The notes beneath the pieces are model-generated. The model made no database searches, was not told the DNA's origin, and saw only the letters and a program-made list of their open reading frames with translations. 64,000 bases of DNA from Candidatus Bathyarchaeota archaeon (GTDB taxonomy: Archaea > Thermoproteota > Bathyarchaeia > 40CM-2-53-6), in NCBI GenBank assembly GCA_005888735.1, contig VBBN01000035.1, forward strand, positions 75,671-139,670, in the 5' to 3' direction. The translations under genes were made by a program, and so were the position numbers. Numbering within the stretch: position 1 is the stretch's first letter; each line of letters begins with the position of its first letter. Shown in pieces: positions 42,622 to 51,644 of the stretch.

Positions 42622-44043
42622 TTGCTGGTTAAGGGCTTGACTGAAACGAGAGACGTTGTAGTTGTGGGGGCGGGAATTGCTGGCTGCATGGCAGCAGCCA
42701 CAATTGCCCTGAAGAGCAACGGAAAAGTCGACGTCCTCCTTCTCGACAGAAATACTCCTAGCGAGGTGGGGAAAAAGAACACCCTCGGATGGGTGTGTGG
42801 AGACGCTGTTGGGGAGCATCACATCAAGTATGTTCATGAGCGCACCGGGTTGAGCTATGGCCTCCCTGAGATGGAGAACCATGTGACCGCGGTCTACGTC
42901 TTCTCACCTGACATGAAAGTCAGAGTTCCCTTCGAGGGGCCCGGGTTTGTTCTGGACCGTCCCAAGTTTGGGCGGAAACTCCTTGACGATGCTTTGAAGG
43001 CTGGAGTTGACTATCGAGGAAATGTCCAAGCAACCGGTCTAATCGCTGAGTCGGGAAAAATCGTAGGCCTCGAAGGCCAAACTGCTGGAACGGGGGCCAA
43101 CGAACAGTTCGAGATCAGAACGAAGCTAATTATTGACACCTCGGGAATGTCCACGAAACTCCGCAGAAACCTTCCCATCCCAAGTTATATCGAGAAGGAT
43201 ATTGACAAAGACGATGTAGAACCGACCGCAAGACTGAACGCGCGATTGCGGGACGGCGTCGAAGTTGAGACTAGCCACTGCGACATCTACCTTGATCAAG
43301 AGAAAGCCCCCGGCGGATACCTTTGGCTCTTCCCCAAAGCAGGAGACAAAGTGAACATCGGCCTGGGCATTCAGCAGAAGAGGACGCACAAACCTCTAAA
43401 CGCGCTTCTCAAAGATTGGATTGCTACAGACCCTCGGTTCCAGGAAATGCAACCATTGAGCGATGACAGCAATCTAAGTGGCGCTTGGCAAGTCTCCGTC
43501 CGACATCAAAACGACTGCTTGGTAGCGAATGGCTACATGGTCTGCGGAGACGCAGCTTGGTTCCCCAACCCGATAAGCGCAGGCGGCATCGGACCCGGGC
43601 TCATCGGCGGAGTCATGGCCGGAGAAACTGCAGTGCGAGCGATGGAGGCGAACGACTTCACCGAGAAACAACTATGGCAGTACAATGTCGACTTCGTCCA
43701 GCACTATGGAAACAAGACTGCCGGGCTGGAAGCGTTTCGGTTGTATCTTCAAACGCTGAACAACAGCGAGATCAACTACGGCATGAGACACTTCCTGTCG
43801 GCAAAGGAGGCGACCGGCATGTCGCTAGGTGAGATGCCGGAGCTGTCGCCCGTTCAGAAGCTTACCAAACTGTTCCAGGGCCTCGGCTCCTACAGGGCGT
43901 TCCGAGGTTTACTGTACACGATGGACAAGATGAAGAAGCTCAACCAACTCTATCAGGACTATCCCAAAGAACCCTCCGGCTTCGAAGCTTGGAAGCGCCA
44001 GGTCGACTCTATTCTCCAAGATGTAAGAATGCGTTTCAATTGA
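42622..44043 (+). CDS. geranylgeranyl reductase-family FAD-dependent oxidoreductase
   Basis: VVVGAGIAGCMAA dinucleotide fold. GGR-like length and layout. Confidence 0.65.
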   Translation: MLVKGLTETRDVVVVGAGIAGCMAAATIALKSNGKVDVLLLDRNTPSEVGKKNTLGWVCGDAVGEHHIKYVHERTGLSYGLPEMENHVTAVYVFSPDMKVRVPFEGPGFVLDRPKFGRKLLDDALKAGVDYRGNVQATGLIAESGKIVGLEGQTAGTGANEQFEIRTKLIIDTSGMSTKLRRNLPIPSYIEKDIDKDDVEPTARLNARLRDGVEVETSHCDIYLDQEKAPGGYLWLFPKAGDKVNIGLGIQQKRTHKPLNALLKDWIATDPRFQEMQPLSDDSNLSGAWQVSVRHQNDCLVANGYMVCGDAAWFPNPISAGGIGPGLIGGVMAGETAVRAMEANDFTEKQLWQYNVDFVQHYGNKTAGLEAFRLYLQTLNNSEINYGMRHFLSAKEATGMSLGEMPELSPVQKLTKLFQGLGSYRAFRGLLYTMDKMKKLNQLYQDYPKEPSGFEAWKRQVDSILQDVRMRFN

Positions 44044-44119
44044 CAGCGTTACCTTCGGGAAACGCTTTCTGGAAAATAGTCAATAAATAGGACGCGAGGG
44101 CTCAGGCTATCTGGATTAG

Positions 44120-44683
44120 ATGCCTTCTAACAACCTGAGCCCTAGTTTCAACACAGGCCCCTCTGATGGAGAGGAGCTTGTAATGAACATGCTATCCTCA
44201 GAAACCGATGCTACATACAGTTTCCAAGGCATGAAACGGAGGCTCGGGCTGCACCAAGAAAAGTTGACTCGCATCCTCAAGAGGTTGGAAGATGACAATC
44301 TTGTCACGAGGACCGATGACGGCTACAAAGTCCTAGCTCCTCCTCGGAGAAAGGCGCGTCATCTAGTTGACGGTGAACCAGTGATCCGAGGTCACCTCCC
44401 GCCGGGCATCGACGCTGAGAGCTTTACAGGCAGTCTCAAGGGACGCTGGTTCAAGAACTTCCGATGGCTGGGTTACTCGAATGGTGAAACTGGCCAATCG
44501 CTCTACTGGATCACAGAAGATGGAAGGTTCCAAGTGAGGGTCTTACTGTCCCCGGGAGAGATCCTGGTCTGGTCCCAGGCCACCGAAGAGAAAGAGGCTG
44601 GTTCGCCAGTGGCTATCGCCGCAGGCTACGAGCTTTTTGACCGAGTTAGCCGGATGCTTCCTGAGACCGGAGAGTTCAGCTAA
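44120..44683 (+). CDS. putative winged-helix transcriptional regulator
   Basis: YSFQGMKRRLGLHQEKLTRILKRLEDDNLVTRTDDGYKV wHTH-like N-terminus. Confidence 0.35.
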   Translation: MPSNNLSPSFNTGPSDGEELVMNMLSSETDATYSFQGMKRRLGLHQEKLTRILKRLEDDNLVTRTDDGYKVLAPPRRKARHLVDGEPVIRGHLPPGIDAESFTGSLKGRWFKNFRWLGYSNGETGQSLYWITEDGRFQVRVLLSPGEILVWSQATEEKEAGSPVAIAAGYELFDRVSRMLPETGEFS

Positions 44684-45047
44684 GCACCAGCCGGGTTTGC
44701 AACAATGGTGACTGGGTAGACTATTCCCCAGTCAATATTCGAGACCCATTGAATATTGTAAAACAGAGATCTTGCGAATGATACAGGGAAGTAAGACGAA
44801 GCGTAGAATGATCAGCATGCTCAAAGTGGACTGGCAGCCCATGGAGCGACACCCACGACCGTTGCGGAGGAGACGGCCGGAGGAAATGCCCATGATGAGA
44901 GCTGGGGCGCAACCTCGACCCCCCGAGACATTCTAGAATCCAGCTTTCACGTCTCGAATCTCAACCGGTCGCTTGTCTCCTGTGTTCTTCACGCTTCATT
45001 CAAGTCTTGCTCGAACTCTCTCGCCGCACCCTGCCGTCCGAATATTG

Positions 45048-45536
45048 CTATGCCACTCGGAAGAGCAGCCAGTTCTTGTCCTTGAAATTGACCAGCCGAT
45101 AGTCTCCCTCTAGTTTTCTCCCTTTGAGGAGAATGTGATACTTGCCCGGCTCTCTCAGGAGAAGTACGTACCTGCCTTTGTCCCAGACCTTGACGGTTCC
45201 TCCCCCGTACTGCCCTTTCGGAATCTCTCCTTCGAAATCGACATAGCTTAACGGATGATCTTCGACCTCGACAGCCAACCTCTTCACCTTCAATTCGGTC
45301 GGAACCCCTCGTGGGACTGCCCAGCTCTTCAACACACCATCAAGCTCCAAACGAAAGTCCCAGTGAAGGCGCCTAGCATGATGCTCCTGAACAACAAACC
45401 GTTGAGTCTCCACACTAGGCTCTGAAGCGCCTAACACTTTAGGACGTTTCCGAAATTGTGAGACAGGACCTTTCCTAGGCACGTTTTTGAGGCTAGCCCG
45501 CCTAGATTTAATGTCAGGCGACGAAGGACGGAACAT
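45048..45536 (-). CDS. stand-alone DNA ligase D 3'-phosphoesterase (PE) domain protein
   Basis: FVVQEHHARRLHWDFRLELDGVLKSWAVPRG...EVEDHPLSYVDFEGEIP. Confidence 0.65.
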   Translation of the reverse strand: MFRPSSPDIKSRRASLKNVPRKGPVSQFRKRPKVLGASEPSVETQRFVVQEHHARRLHWDFRLELDGVLKSWAVPRGVPTELKVKRLAVEVEDHPLSYVDFEGEIPKGQYGGGTVKVWDKGRYVLLLREPGKYHILLKGRKLEGDYRLVNFKDKNWLLFRVA

Positions 45537-45547
45537 TCTGCTAGAAG

Positions 45548-47395
45548 ATGCTGTCAGTGAGACCTAAACCTGCTGCGATCGCCATCATCGGAATCCTGAT
45601 TTTAGGAGTCGCCCTCTCCGCCAGTCTGCATCTTGTTCCACTACCCCCGAAGACCTACGCAGCTACTCACTATATCACCCTGAACGGCTCGGCGGCGAAG
45701 GGGTGGAACGATACCGTCCCAGGCCCAATCATAAACGTCACGGAAAACGATTCAGTTATCATGACCCTCACTAGCACTGACACACCTACGCCTGCACCTC
45801 ATCAACTCTACATCGACACTAACGGAAACTTCAACCCTGCCAGCGACTGTGTTTCGGGCATCGACAAATGTTCGATGTTTTTTGGAGACACCCATCCAAA
45901 TCCAGTCACGTACTCTTTCAACGTGGACCTTCCCCCTGGGACCTATACGTATTATTGTTCCGTCCATCAATTCATGGTGGGCACGTTTGCGGTAAAAGGT
46001 TTCAGGATTCTTTCTTCCCCGAATTCGACCGCAGTCGTGCGAGGTTCTTCAAAAATGTCCACTATTACACTTACGAGTGTCAACGGATTCACAGGCACAG
46101 CGAGCCTGTCTACAATCTCATCTTCAGCTGGGCTCCTCACCTCACTCAATTCTAGCAGCGTATCGCTAGCGCCTGGAGGAACGTCTGCCGTCTCACTCAC
46201 AGTTAACGTCAACTCGACCACTGCAGTAGGGACATACAATGTTCTTGTGAACGCCACAATCGGCTTCATCTCCCACACTACCAGTGTGGCCGTCGATGTG
46301 AAAAAACCAGGGTTTAGTCTCAGCCCGAACCCCGCACAACTGGTCATACTGCAAGGTTTCTCCAAGTCAACGCGCATCACCCTGACAAGCCTGAACACTT
46401 TCAATGGAACCGTTAGCCTCTCAGCAAGCCCCCAGTACCCGGGAATCACAACTGCCTTTGTTCCTCCAAACGTGACACTCAACAAGGGACTATCGCCAGC
46501 AGCATCTGTCTTGAACGTGACCGTCGCGCCTTCCGTCATCGCAGGCGAATACGACCTCACGTTAACTGGCACGGGAATTTCCGATACAAACACTACCCTC
46601 GTGAAACTTGTTGTGGGACAAGACTTCAATCTCACCGCCAACCCTCCGGAGCTGACATTCCCACAGGGCTCGTTTGCAACCTCGAGAATTACACTAGCTA
46701 GCTTGAACGGTTTGAAGGGAAACATCAGCCTGTCCTCTGGAGGCACGCCGATTGGGCTAGCGATTTCATTCAACACGACATCGGTGAACCTTTCACCCGG
46801 TCAAACGGCTTACGCTTCTGTCACAATCTCAGCATCACAATCGGCAGCCCCCAAGGCATACAACGTGACTGTCACTGGGACAAATAGCACTCGGGTTCGG
46901 TCGGTCAATCTGAGCATAACAATTTCAGGGTTCGCAATCAAGACCTCTAAAGCCTCGTTCGACTTGATGCAAGGCTCAAGAGGGAACTCCACGATCACGT
47001 TAACAAGCGTTAACGGCTTCACTGGAATGATGAATCTAGCCGTTACAGGAAGCTCAGCCTTGACGCATTCTCTTACACCGTCACTGGCATCCCTGATTGC
47101 AAACAAAAACCTCACTGCAACCCTAGTGTTTTACGCTAATGCCAGTACGGGCATTACTCAGCCAGGGTCTTATGTCTTCAATGTGACTGGAACTGTTGGC
47201 TCACTGTCCCACTCGACAACAGTCACTGTTACCGTGACGGCATTGCCTCCTCCCCCCAAAATCTCTGGGGACTTTCCAATCGCGGTCGTTGCCGGAACCG
47301 TCGTATCTATGGTCGCTATTGTCTCTGTCATCCTGTTTCTAACAAAACGAAGGCGAATCAAGAGGAGAAATCTGTCGGTCCCTCCGACGAACTGA
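45548..47395 (+). CDS. cell-surface protein with an N-terminal signal/TM segment, a cupredoxin (type-1 copper) domain, four Thr/Ser-rich Ig-like repeats and a C-terminal TM anchor with a basic tail
   Basis: Copper-site-like Y-Y-C-S-V-H-Q-F-M (Cx2Hx2M) and an upstream His. Repeated ITLTSVNGFTG modules. More than 25 N-x-S/T sequons. KRRRIKRR tail. Confidence 0.55.
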   Translation: MLSVRPKPAAIAIIGILILGVALSASLHLVPLPPKTYAATHYITLNGSAAKGWNDTVPGPIINVTENDSVIMTLTSTDTPTPAPHQLYIDTNGNFNPASDCVSGIDKCSMFFGDTHPNPVTYSFNVDLPPGTYTYYCSVHQFMVGTFAVKGFRILSSPNSTAVVRGSSKMSTITLTSVNGFTGTASLSTISSSAGLLTSLNSSSVSLAPGGTSAVSLTVNVNSTTAVGTYNVLVNATIGFISHTTSVAVDVKKPGFSLSPNPAQLVILQGFSKSTRITLTSLNTFNGTVSLSASPQYPGITTAFVPPNVTLNKGLSPAASVLNVTVAPSVIAGEYDLTLTGTGISDTNTTLVKLVVGQDFNLTANPPELTFPQGSFATSRITLASLNGLKGNISLSSGGTPIGLAISFNTTSVNLSPGQTAYASVTISASQSAAPKAYNVTVTGTNSTRVRSVNLSITISGFAIKTSKASFDLMQGSRGNSTITLTSVNGFTGMMNLAVTGSSALTHSLTPSLASLIANKNLTATLVFYANASTGITQPGSYVFNVTGTVGSLSHSTTVTVTVTALPPPPKISGDFPIAVVAGTVVSMVAIVSVILFLTKRRRIKRRNLSVPPTN

Positions 47396-48026
47396 CGCGC
47401 CTGGCTCGTTCAAGAAAGTGGTACAAGAAGGCCGACAAACCTGTCGCGCCTGTGATGCCTGCCAGAAGCGCGAGAGAGCCCAACCCTGGGTTTACGATCA
47501 ATGCGAAGTTGCTGAACGGCCCCAAAGCTGCAGAGCCACAGATTAGACAGAATGGTAGACGGGTCAGGGTCGGGTTGCTGAAAAACAGCCGGCGTCCCAG
47601 GTCTAGCATTAGTAATGCGAGACCTTCAGACATGAGAATGTAACAAATCGTGAAAGGCAGTAGAGAGGCCGCCCCTGCTTCTATGGCAGAGGCCACGAAC
47701 GGGTTGAGCTCGACAACTCCTACGCTGGTTCTCACCCCTACCAAGGTGAGAGAGATATCCGTGACGGCTAAGAGTATCGGAGTTGTGAAAACCCAGCCTC
47801 CCCGGTGGTTCAGTATATCCTGGAGACTTTCAACGTCACCCTGAATGATCCAAAGCCCAGCGGCAGAAGAGATGACTCCTGTCAGCAGGACCAAGAGAAC
47901 CCCTTGAGAGCTCGTCTGGAACAAGCCTGGGGCAAGAACACTGAAAGAAGCGATTAGCTGGCTTGACAGCACCCAATATACTCCGGAGCCGGTGAGCGTA
48001 AGAGCAACACCGTCTGGAAAATGCAT
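47358..48026 (-). CDS. hypothetical membrane protein
   Basis: 6 TM helices. Its start overlaps the upstream antiporter. Confidence 0.35.
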   Translation of the reverse strand: MHFPDGVALTLTGSGVYWVLSSQLIASFSVLAPGLFQTSSQGVLLVLLTGVISSAAGLWIIQGDVESLQDILNHRGGWVFTTPILLAVTDISLTLVGVRTSVGVVELNPFVASAIEAGAASLLPFTICYILMSEGLALLMLDLGRRLFFSNPTLTRLPFCLICGSAALGPFSNFALIVNPGLGSLALLAGITGATGLSAFLYHFLERARRVSSSEGPTDFSS

Positions 48027-49282
48027 TAGAAGAGTGGTCCTTCTTCCTGCGTTGGGATGAGCCCCTGTGGTTCCAAGGGCGTCTCAATTGGGTGCGATAG
48101 AAGCTCAGCCGGTTGAGCAGTTGACCGAGGCCTTAGGAGGCGCAGTCCCACAGATGCAGCCAAGGAACTTACCAGGGTCGCCAGTCCTGCAAGCGGATAG
48201 AGGACCTGGGACGCCAAGCTTAAGCCAGTTCCCTCCCGAGCGACAATGAAGGAGAATTCTCCCCTTGGCAACATGGAGACTCCAACTCGACTTGAATTGC
48301 TTCCGACCCTAGAGAGTTTCGCTCCGGCCCAAGCCCCGACAAACTTGCCTAGAATCGCCATGGAAACAATGGCAACGATGGGGAAGGTGACAGAAACAAG
48401 CGCTCCGATATTGATCAGTGTTCCCATTGAAACAAAAAATAGGACGACGAACAGGTCTTTAATTGGGCCAATTTTGTCAGAGATGAACCTCGCCTGATTT
48501 CCTCTAATCATCAGCCCCATAAGGAACGCACCGACCGCTGGTGAGAAGCCAAGATAGGAGGATAGTATCGCAAAGGCAAAACCGAAAGAAAGAGCGAGCA
48601 GAAACGCGGTCTCCTGATTTTCCTCTCTCTTCCCACCAACACGTTGGATCAAAATGGGGGCTGCCTTCCAGCCGAATGCCAGAATGACGCCTACCAGGAT
48701 CAAGCCTTTGACGACGAAAAGCTCTACGTCAGTAATTGGAACCTTACTATTCGCCACGACGAGACCTGGAAGGAGCAGTAGGATGAACACCGTGGCAAAA
48801 TCCTCGATGACAGATGCAGTAAGGACCAGATGGGACTCGGAAGCTCTCAAACTCTTTGATTCTATGAGCAACTTCCCCATTATGGCGGTGCTAGTTGTTG
48901 AAACGATGACTCCGGCGAAGACTGACCCTAGGTAGCCAAGGCCAACCAAAATCCCGACAGTAAACACCGAAAGAAAGGTGACGGAGAATTCCACGAGAGC
49001 GAGGAGGAGGCTGCCCCCTCCCACGCGTAGAATCTCGGCTGGGTCCAGCTCCAAGCCAACTGTAAAGAGGAGAAGGATGATTCCTAGGGAAGCAAGAAGG
49101 TTAAGACTGTTGATGTCCTGAACAAGACCTAGGCCAAATGGACCAACAATCATGCCTGCGAGAAGCTGCCCGATCACAACTGGCAGTTTGAGTTTCGAGA
49201 ATAGAACGCTGAAACCTAAGGCGGCGAAGATTGTGATACCGATTGTAAGAAGAAGGTCGAACTCAGAGCTGGATGCCAACAT
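48026..49282 (-). CDS. cation:proton antiporter, CPA2/Kef family
   Basis: Na+/H+ exchanger-like TM core (12 helices). LELDP-type motif. Confidence 0.65.
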   Translation of the reverse strand: MLASSSEFDLLLTIGITIFAALGFSVLFSKLKLPVVIGQLLAGMIVGPFGLGLVQDINSLNLLASLGIILLLFTVGLELDPAEILRVGGGSLLLALVEFSVTFLSVFTVGILVGLGYLGSVFAGVIVSTTSTAIMGKLLIESKSLRASESHLVLTASVIEDFATVFILLLLPGLVVANSKVPITDVELFVVKGLILVGVILAFGWKAAPILIQRVGGKREENQETAFLLALSFGFAFAILSSYLGFSPAVGAFLMGLMIRGNQARFISDKIGPIKDLFVVLFFVSMGTLINIGALVSVTFPIVAIVSMAILGKFVGAWAGAKLSRVGSNSSRVGVSMLPRGEFSFIVAREGTGLSLASQVLYPLAGLATLVSSLAASVGLRLLRPRSTAQPAELLSHPIETPLEPQGLIPTQEEGPLF

Positions 49283-49439
49283 ACCACCGGTTGCTCATGT
49301 TGAGCGCTTCACTGAGGCTCGCAGCCAGTTTAGCGCTTTGAACCCGGAACCTACGACCCTCGGTTTCAACCACTAAGGTTTTGTGACCGAGTTCTGCAAA
49401 ACCTGCTCTTTATCCCCAACCCACTACACTAATGCTACC

Positions 49440-50399
49440 ATGTCAAAACAACCACGAATCTCTGTCGAAAGAGCAAGAACACTACTCAAGGAATACTCGG
49501 AAGCACTCGAGGTACTCGCTGAAGCTACCTCAAAGTCGGTCGTCCGCGTTGGGCCCCAAGGCGATTGGGGCTGGCATGGAGGAGGAACAGGCTTCGTATC
49601 AGGGCCTGATGGCCTGGTTGCCACAGCAGACCATGTAGTTAGACGCACACGGACTCCCAAAGTCAGCCTTCAGGACGGCAAGTCCTTCGAAGCGAAAGTC
49701 GTCGGCCGGGACCCTTTTACGGACGTCGCGGTCTTGAAAGTTGACTCCCCTACCCTTGAACCATTGCCGTTCGGAGACTCAGAACGACTAAAGCTAGGAC
49801 AGCTAGTACTAGCCGTGTCCAACCCAAGAGGCCTGCAACCTTCTGTCACTGCTGGCATAGTCAGCGGTGTTGGAAGATCATTCCAAGGATGGTGGGGCAG
49901 AAACATAGAGAACACGGTGATCTCCGACATAGCTCTCTATCCCGGAAGCTCCGGAGGACCCTTGGTAAACTCTGACGGTCAGGTCGTAGGCATGAACATA
50001 GCAACCTTCCCGCCAGCCAGGAGCATCTCGGTTCCATCGAAGACGGTGAAAACAGTCATTGACCAGCTAGTGACGGAAGGCCGAGTAAGAAGAGCCTACC
50101 TCGGAATTGCCGGTCAGCCAGTTCAGCTATCAACAAGACTCGCACAGAAAACGGGACTGTCACAGGACAGTGGAATAATGCTGTACTCAGTCGAGGACGA
50201 AAGCCCAGCGGACAAAGCCCATCTCAACATGGGAGATATTCTAGTCAGCTTTGCAGGAAAACCAGTGGAAGACCTCGACGATCTTCACAGAACTCTCATG
50301 TCCGACCAAATAGGCAAACCCGTTCAAGTTGAAGTGCTGCGCGGCGGCCAGAAGCTTGACCTAACCGTCACTCCCAGCGAACTTCCCAGCCGGCCATAA
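49440..50399 (+). CDS. htrA: HtrA/DegP-family trypsin-like serine protease with a PDZ domain
   Basis: GTGFVSGPDGLVATADHVV (His), DVAVLKV (Asp) and GSSGGPL (Ser), then a PDZ-like region. Confidence 0.8.
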   Translation: MSKQPRISVERARTLLKEYSEALEVLAEATSKSVVRVGPQGDWGWHGGGTGFVSGPDGLVATADHVVRRTRTPKVSLQDGKSFEAKVVGRDPFTDVAVLKVDSPTLEPLPFGDSERLKLGQLVLAVSNPRGLQPSVTAGIVSGVGRSFQGWWGRNIENTVISDIALYPGSSGGPLVNSDGQVVGMNIATFPPARSISVPSKTVKTVIDQLVTEGRVRRAYLGIAGQPVQLSTRLAQKTGLSQDSGIMLYSVEDESPADKAHLNMGDILVSFAGKPVEDLDDLHRTLMSDQIGKPVQVEVLRGGQKLDLTVTPSELPSRP

Positions 50400-50664
50400 G
50401 CCTACAAGGCAAACGCTGCTCTATCCCGCCCCAGCGGTTTTTCCGTTGGGAACCTTTTTTTGAGCCCGACTCTCGGATTTGAGAGTCTTCTCCAAGAAGC
50501 TTCCGGTAAGTACCGGCCACCTCAATCAGCCGCTCAATGAACGCGGAGAGAGCTGGCGACTCCGAACACCGTATATAAGAGCCGTAGAATTTTTTCCATG
50601 AGAAAAGTAGGCGACCATTATATTCTCGATACATAGCTGAAACTGAACTGAAGCTAAGCTAGAC

Positions 50665-51630
50665 TTGTCAGGAGCGAAACAGCTACTCCACCTCATTCAG
50701 AGCCGCGAGACTGGGACTGACTCCTCCGAAGTTCCAGTCAGCCGTCCGGCCCGCCTGAAGATTGGGGACGTTGTCGCGCTATACGAGTCTGTGGGGCATC
50801 GAGACAGCGACTACTTGGATTGGCTGCACGAGGTCTACTCCTCTATGGCGCTTCCTTGTGTGGCTCCAGAGTATAGACAGGTTATCGGGGAAGACAAAAC
50901 AAAATACACCGTGTTCGACATCATGGCCGATGACCTGGCCGATAACTTCGTCACCAGAAGCAGATTCCTACTCGAGGACTTCGTAAGAATTCCATGGCAC
51001 AATGCAGTTGAGAAACACGACTATATCGACATCGGCCGAGCCATTTGGGATGACTTCATTAGGTCAGTTCAGAAGTATCCCAGATACAAGGAACTCGAGG
51101 GAATTTTCTACTTCGACTTACGCCAAGTCCTCTCCTCGATAGAGTACAGTTCACTCATCAACACTTTCGGCCTCGACAACCCATTCGAACTGAGCCAACA
51201 TTCTCCATACGGCGTCGCCGTAATTCTTTTCGTGGACATGGACCTAATGTGCATGCCCGAGTTTGACCTGAAAGAACTTAGGACGATGAGATCAATCTCC
51301 TTCCTTGCCCAGAAAGTCGCCCACATCGCAAACATCCTTGGCACTTACCCACGAGAGGTCTTAGAGAAAGACATGTCCTCCCCAATAATCTCACTCGCCG
51401 TGAGAAAGGGCATTATCACCAAAGACGAGCTAGGCGACAGGGCCGTCCTTCAAAAACTGAAACAGTTGGAATGGATTTACCGCAGCAAAGCTCTCTCCTA
51501 CGCGGAGAAGATTTCGACGTACGAGAAGCAGATTCGAAGTGTTAACATCCGAGGATTCTCGCAGATGCTAGGGGACTTGGTCGCAAGATGGGGGACGAGC
51601 CCTGAGGCCTCGATTGCTATCCAAGGATAG
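50665..51630 (+). CDS. class I terpene synthase-like (isoprenoid synthase fold) protein
   Basis: DDxxD-like DDLAD at about aa 88. NSE/DTE-like NILGTYPRE at about aa 237. Spacing and length (321 aa) match bacterial-type terpene synthases. Confidence 0.4.
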   Translation: MSGAKQLLHLIQSRETGTDSSEVPVSRPARLKIGDVVALYESVGHRDSDYLDWLHEVYSSMALPCVAPEYRQVIGEDKTKYTVFDIMADDLADNFVTRSRFLLEDFVRIPWHNAVEKHDYIDIGRAIWDDFIRSVQKYPRYKELEGIFYFDLRQVLSSIEYSSLINTFGLDNPFELSQHSPYGVAVILFVDMDLMCMPEFDLKELRTMRSISFLAQKVAHIANILGTYPREVLEKDMSSPIISLAVRKGIITKDELGDRAVLQKLKQLEWIYRSKALSYAEKISTYEKQIRSVNIRGFSQMLGDLVARWGTSPEASIAIQG

Positions 51631-51644
51631 GAGCTTCGAGGATT

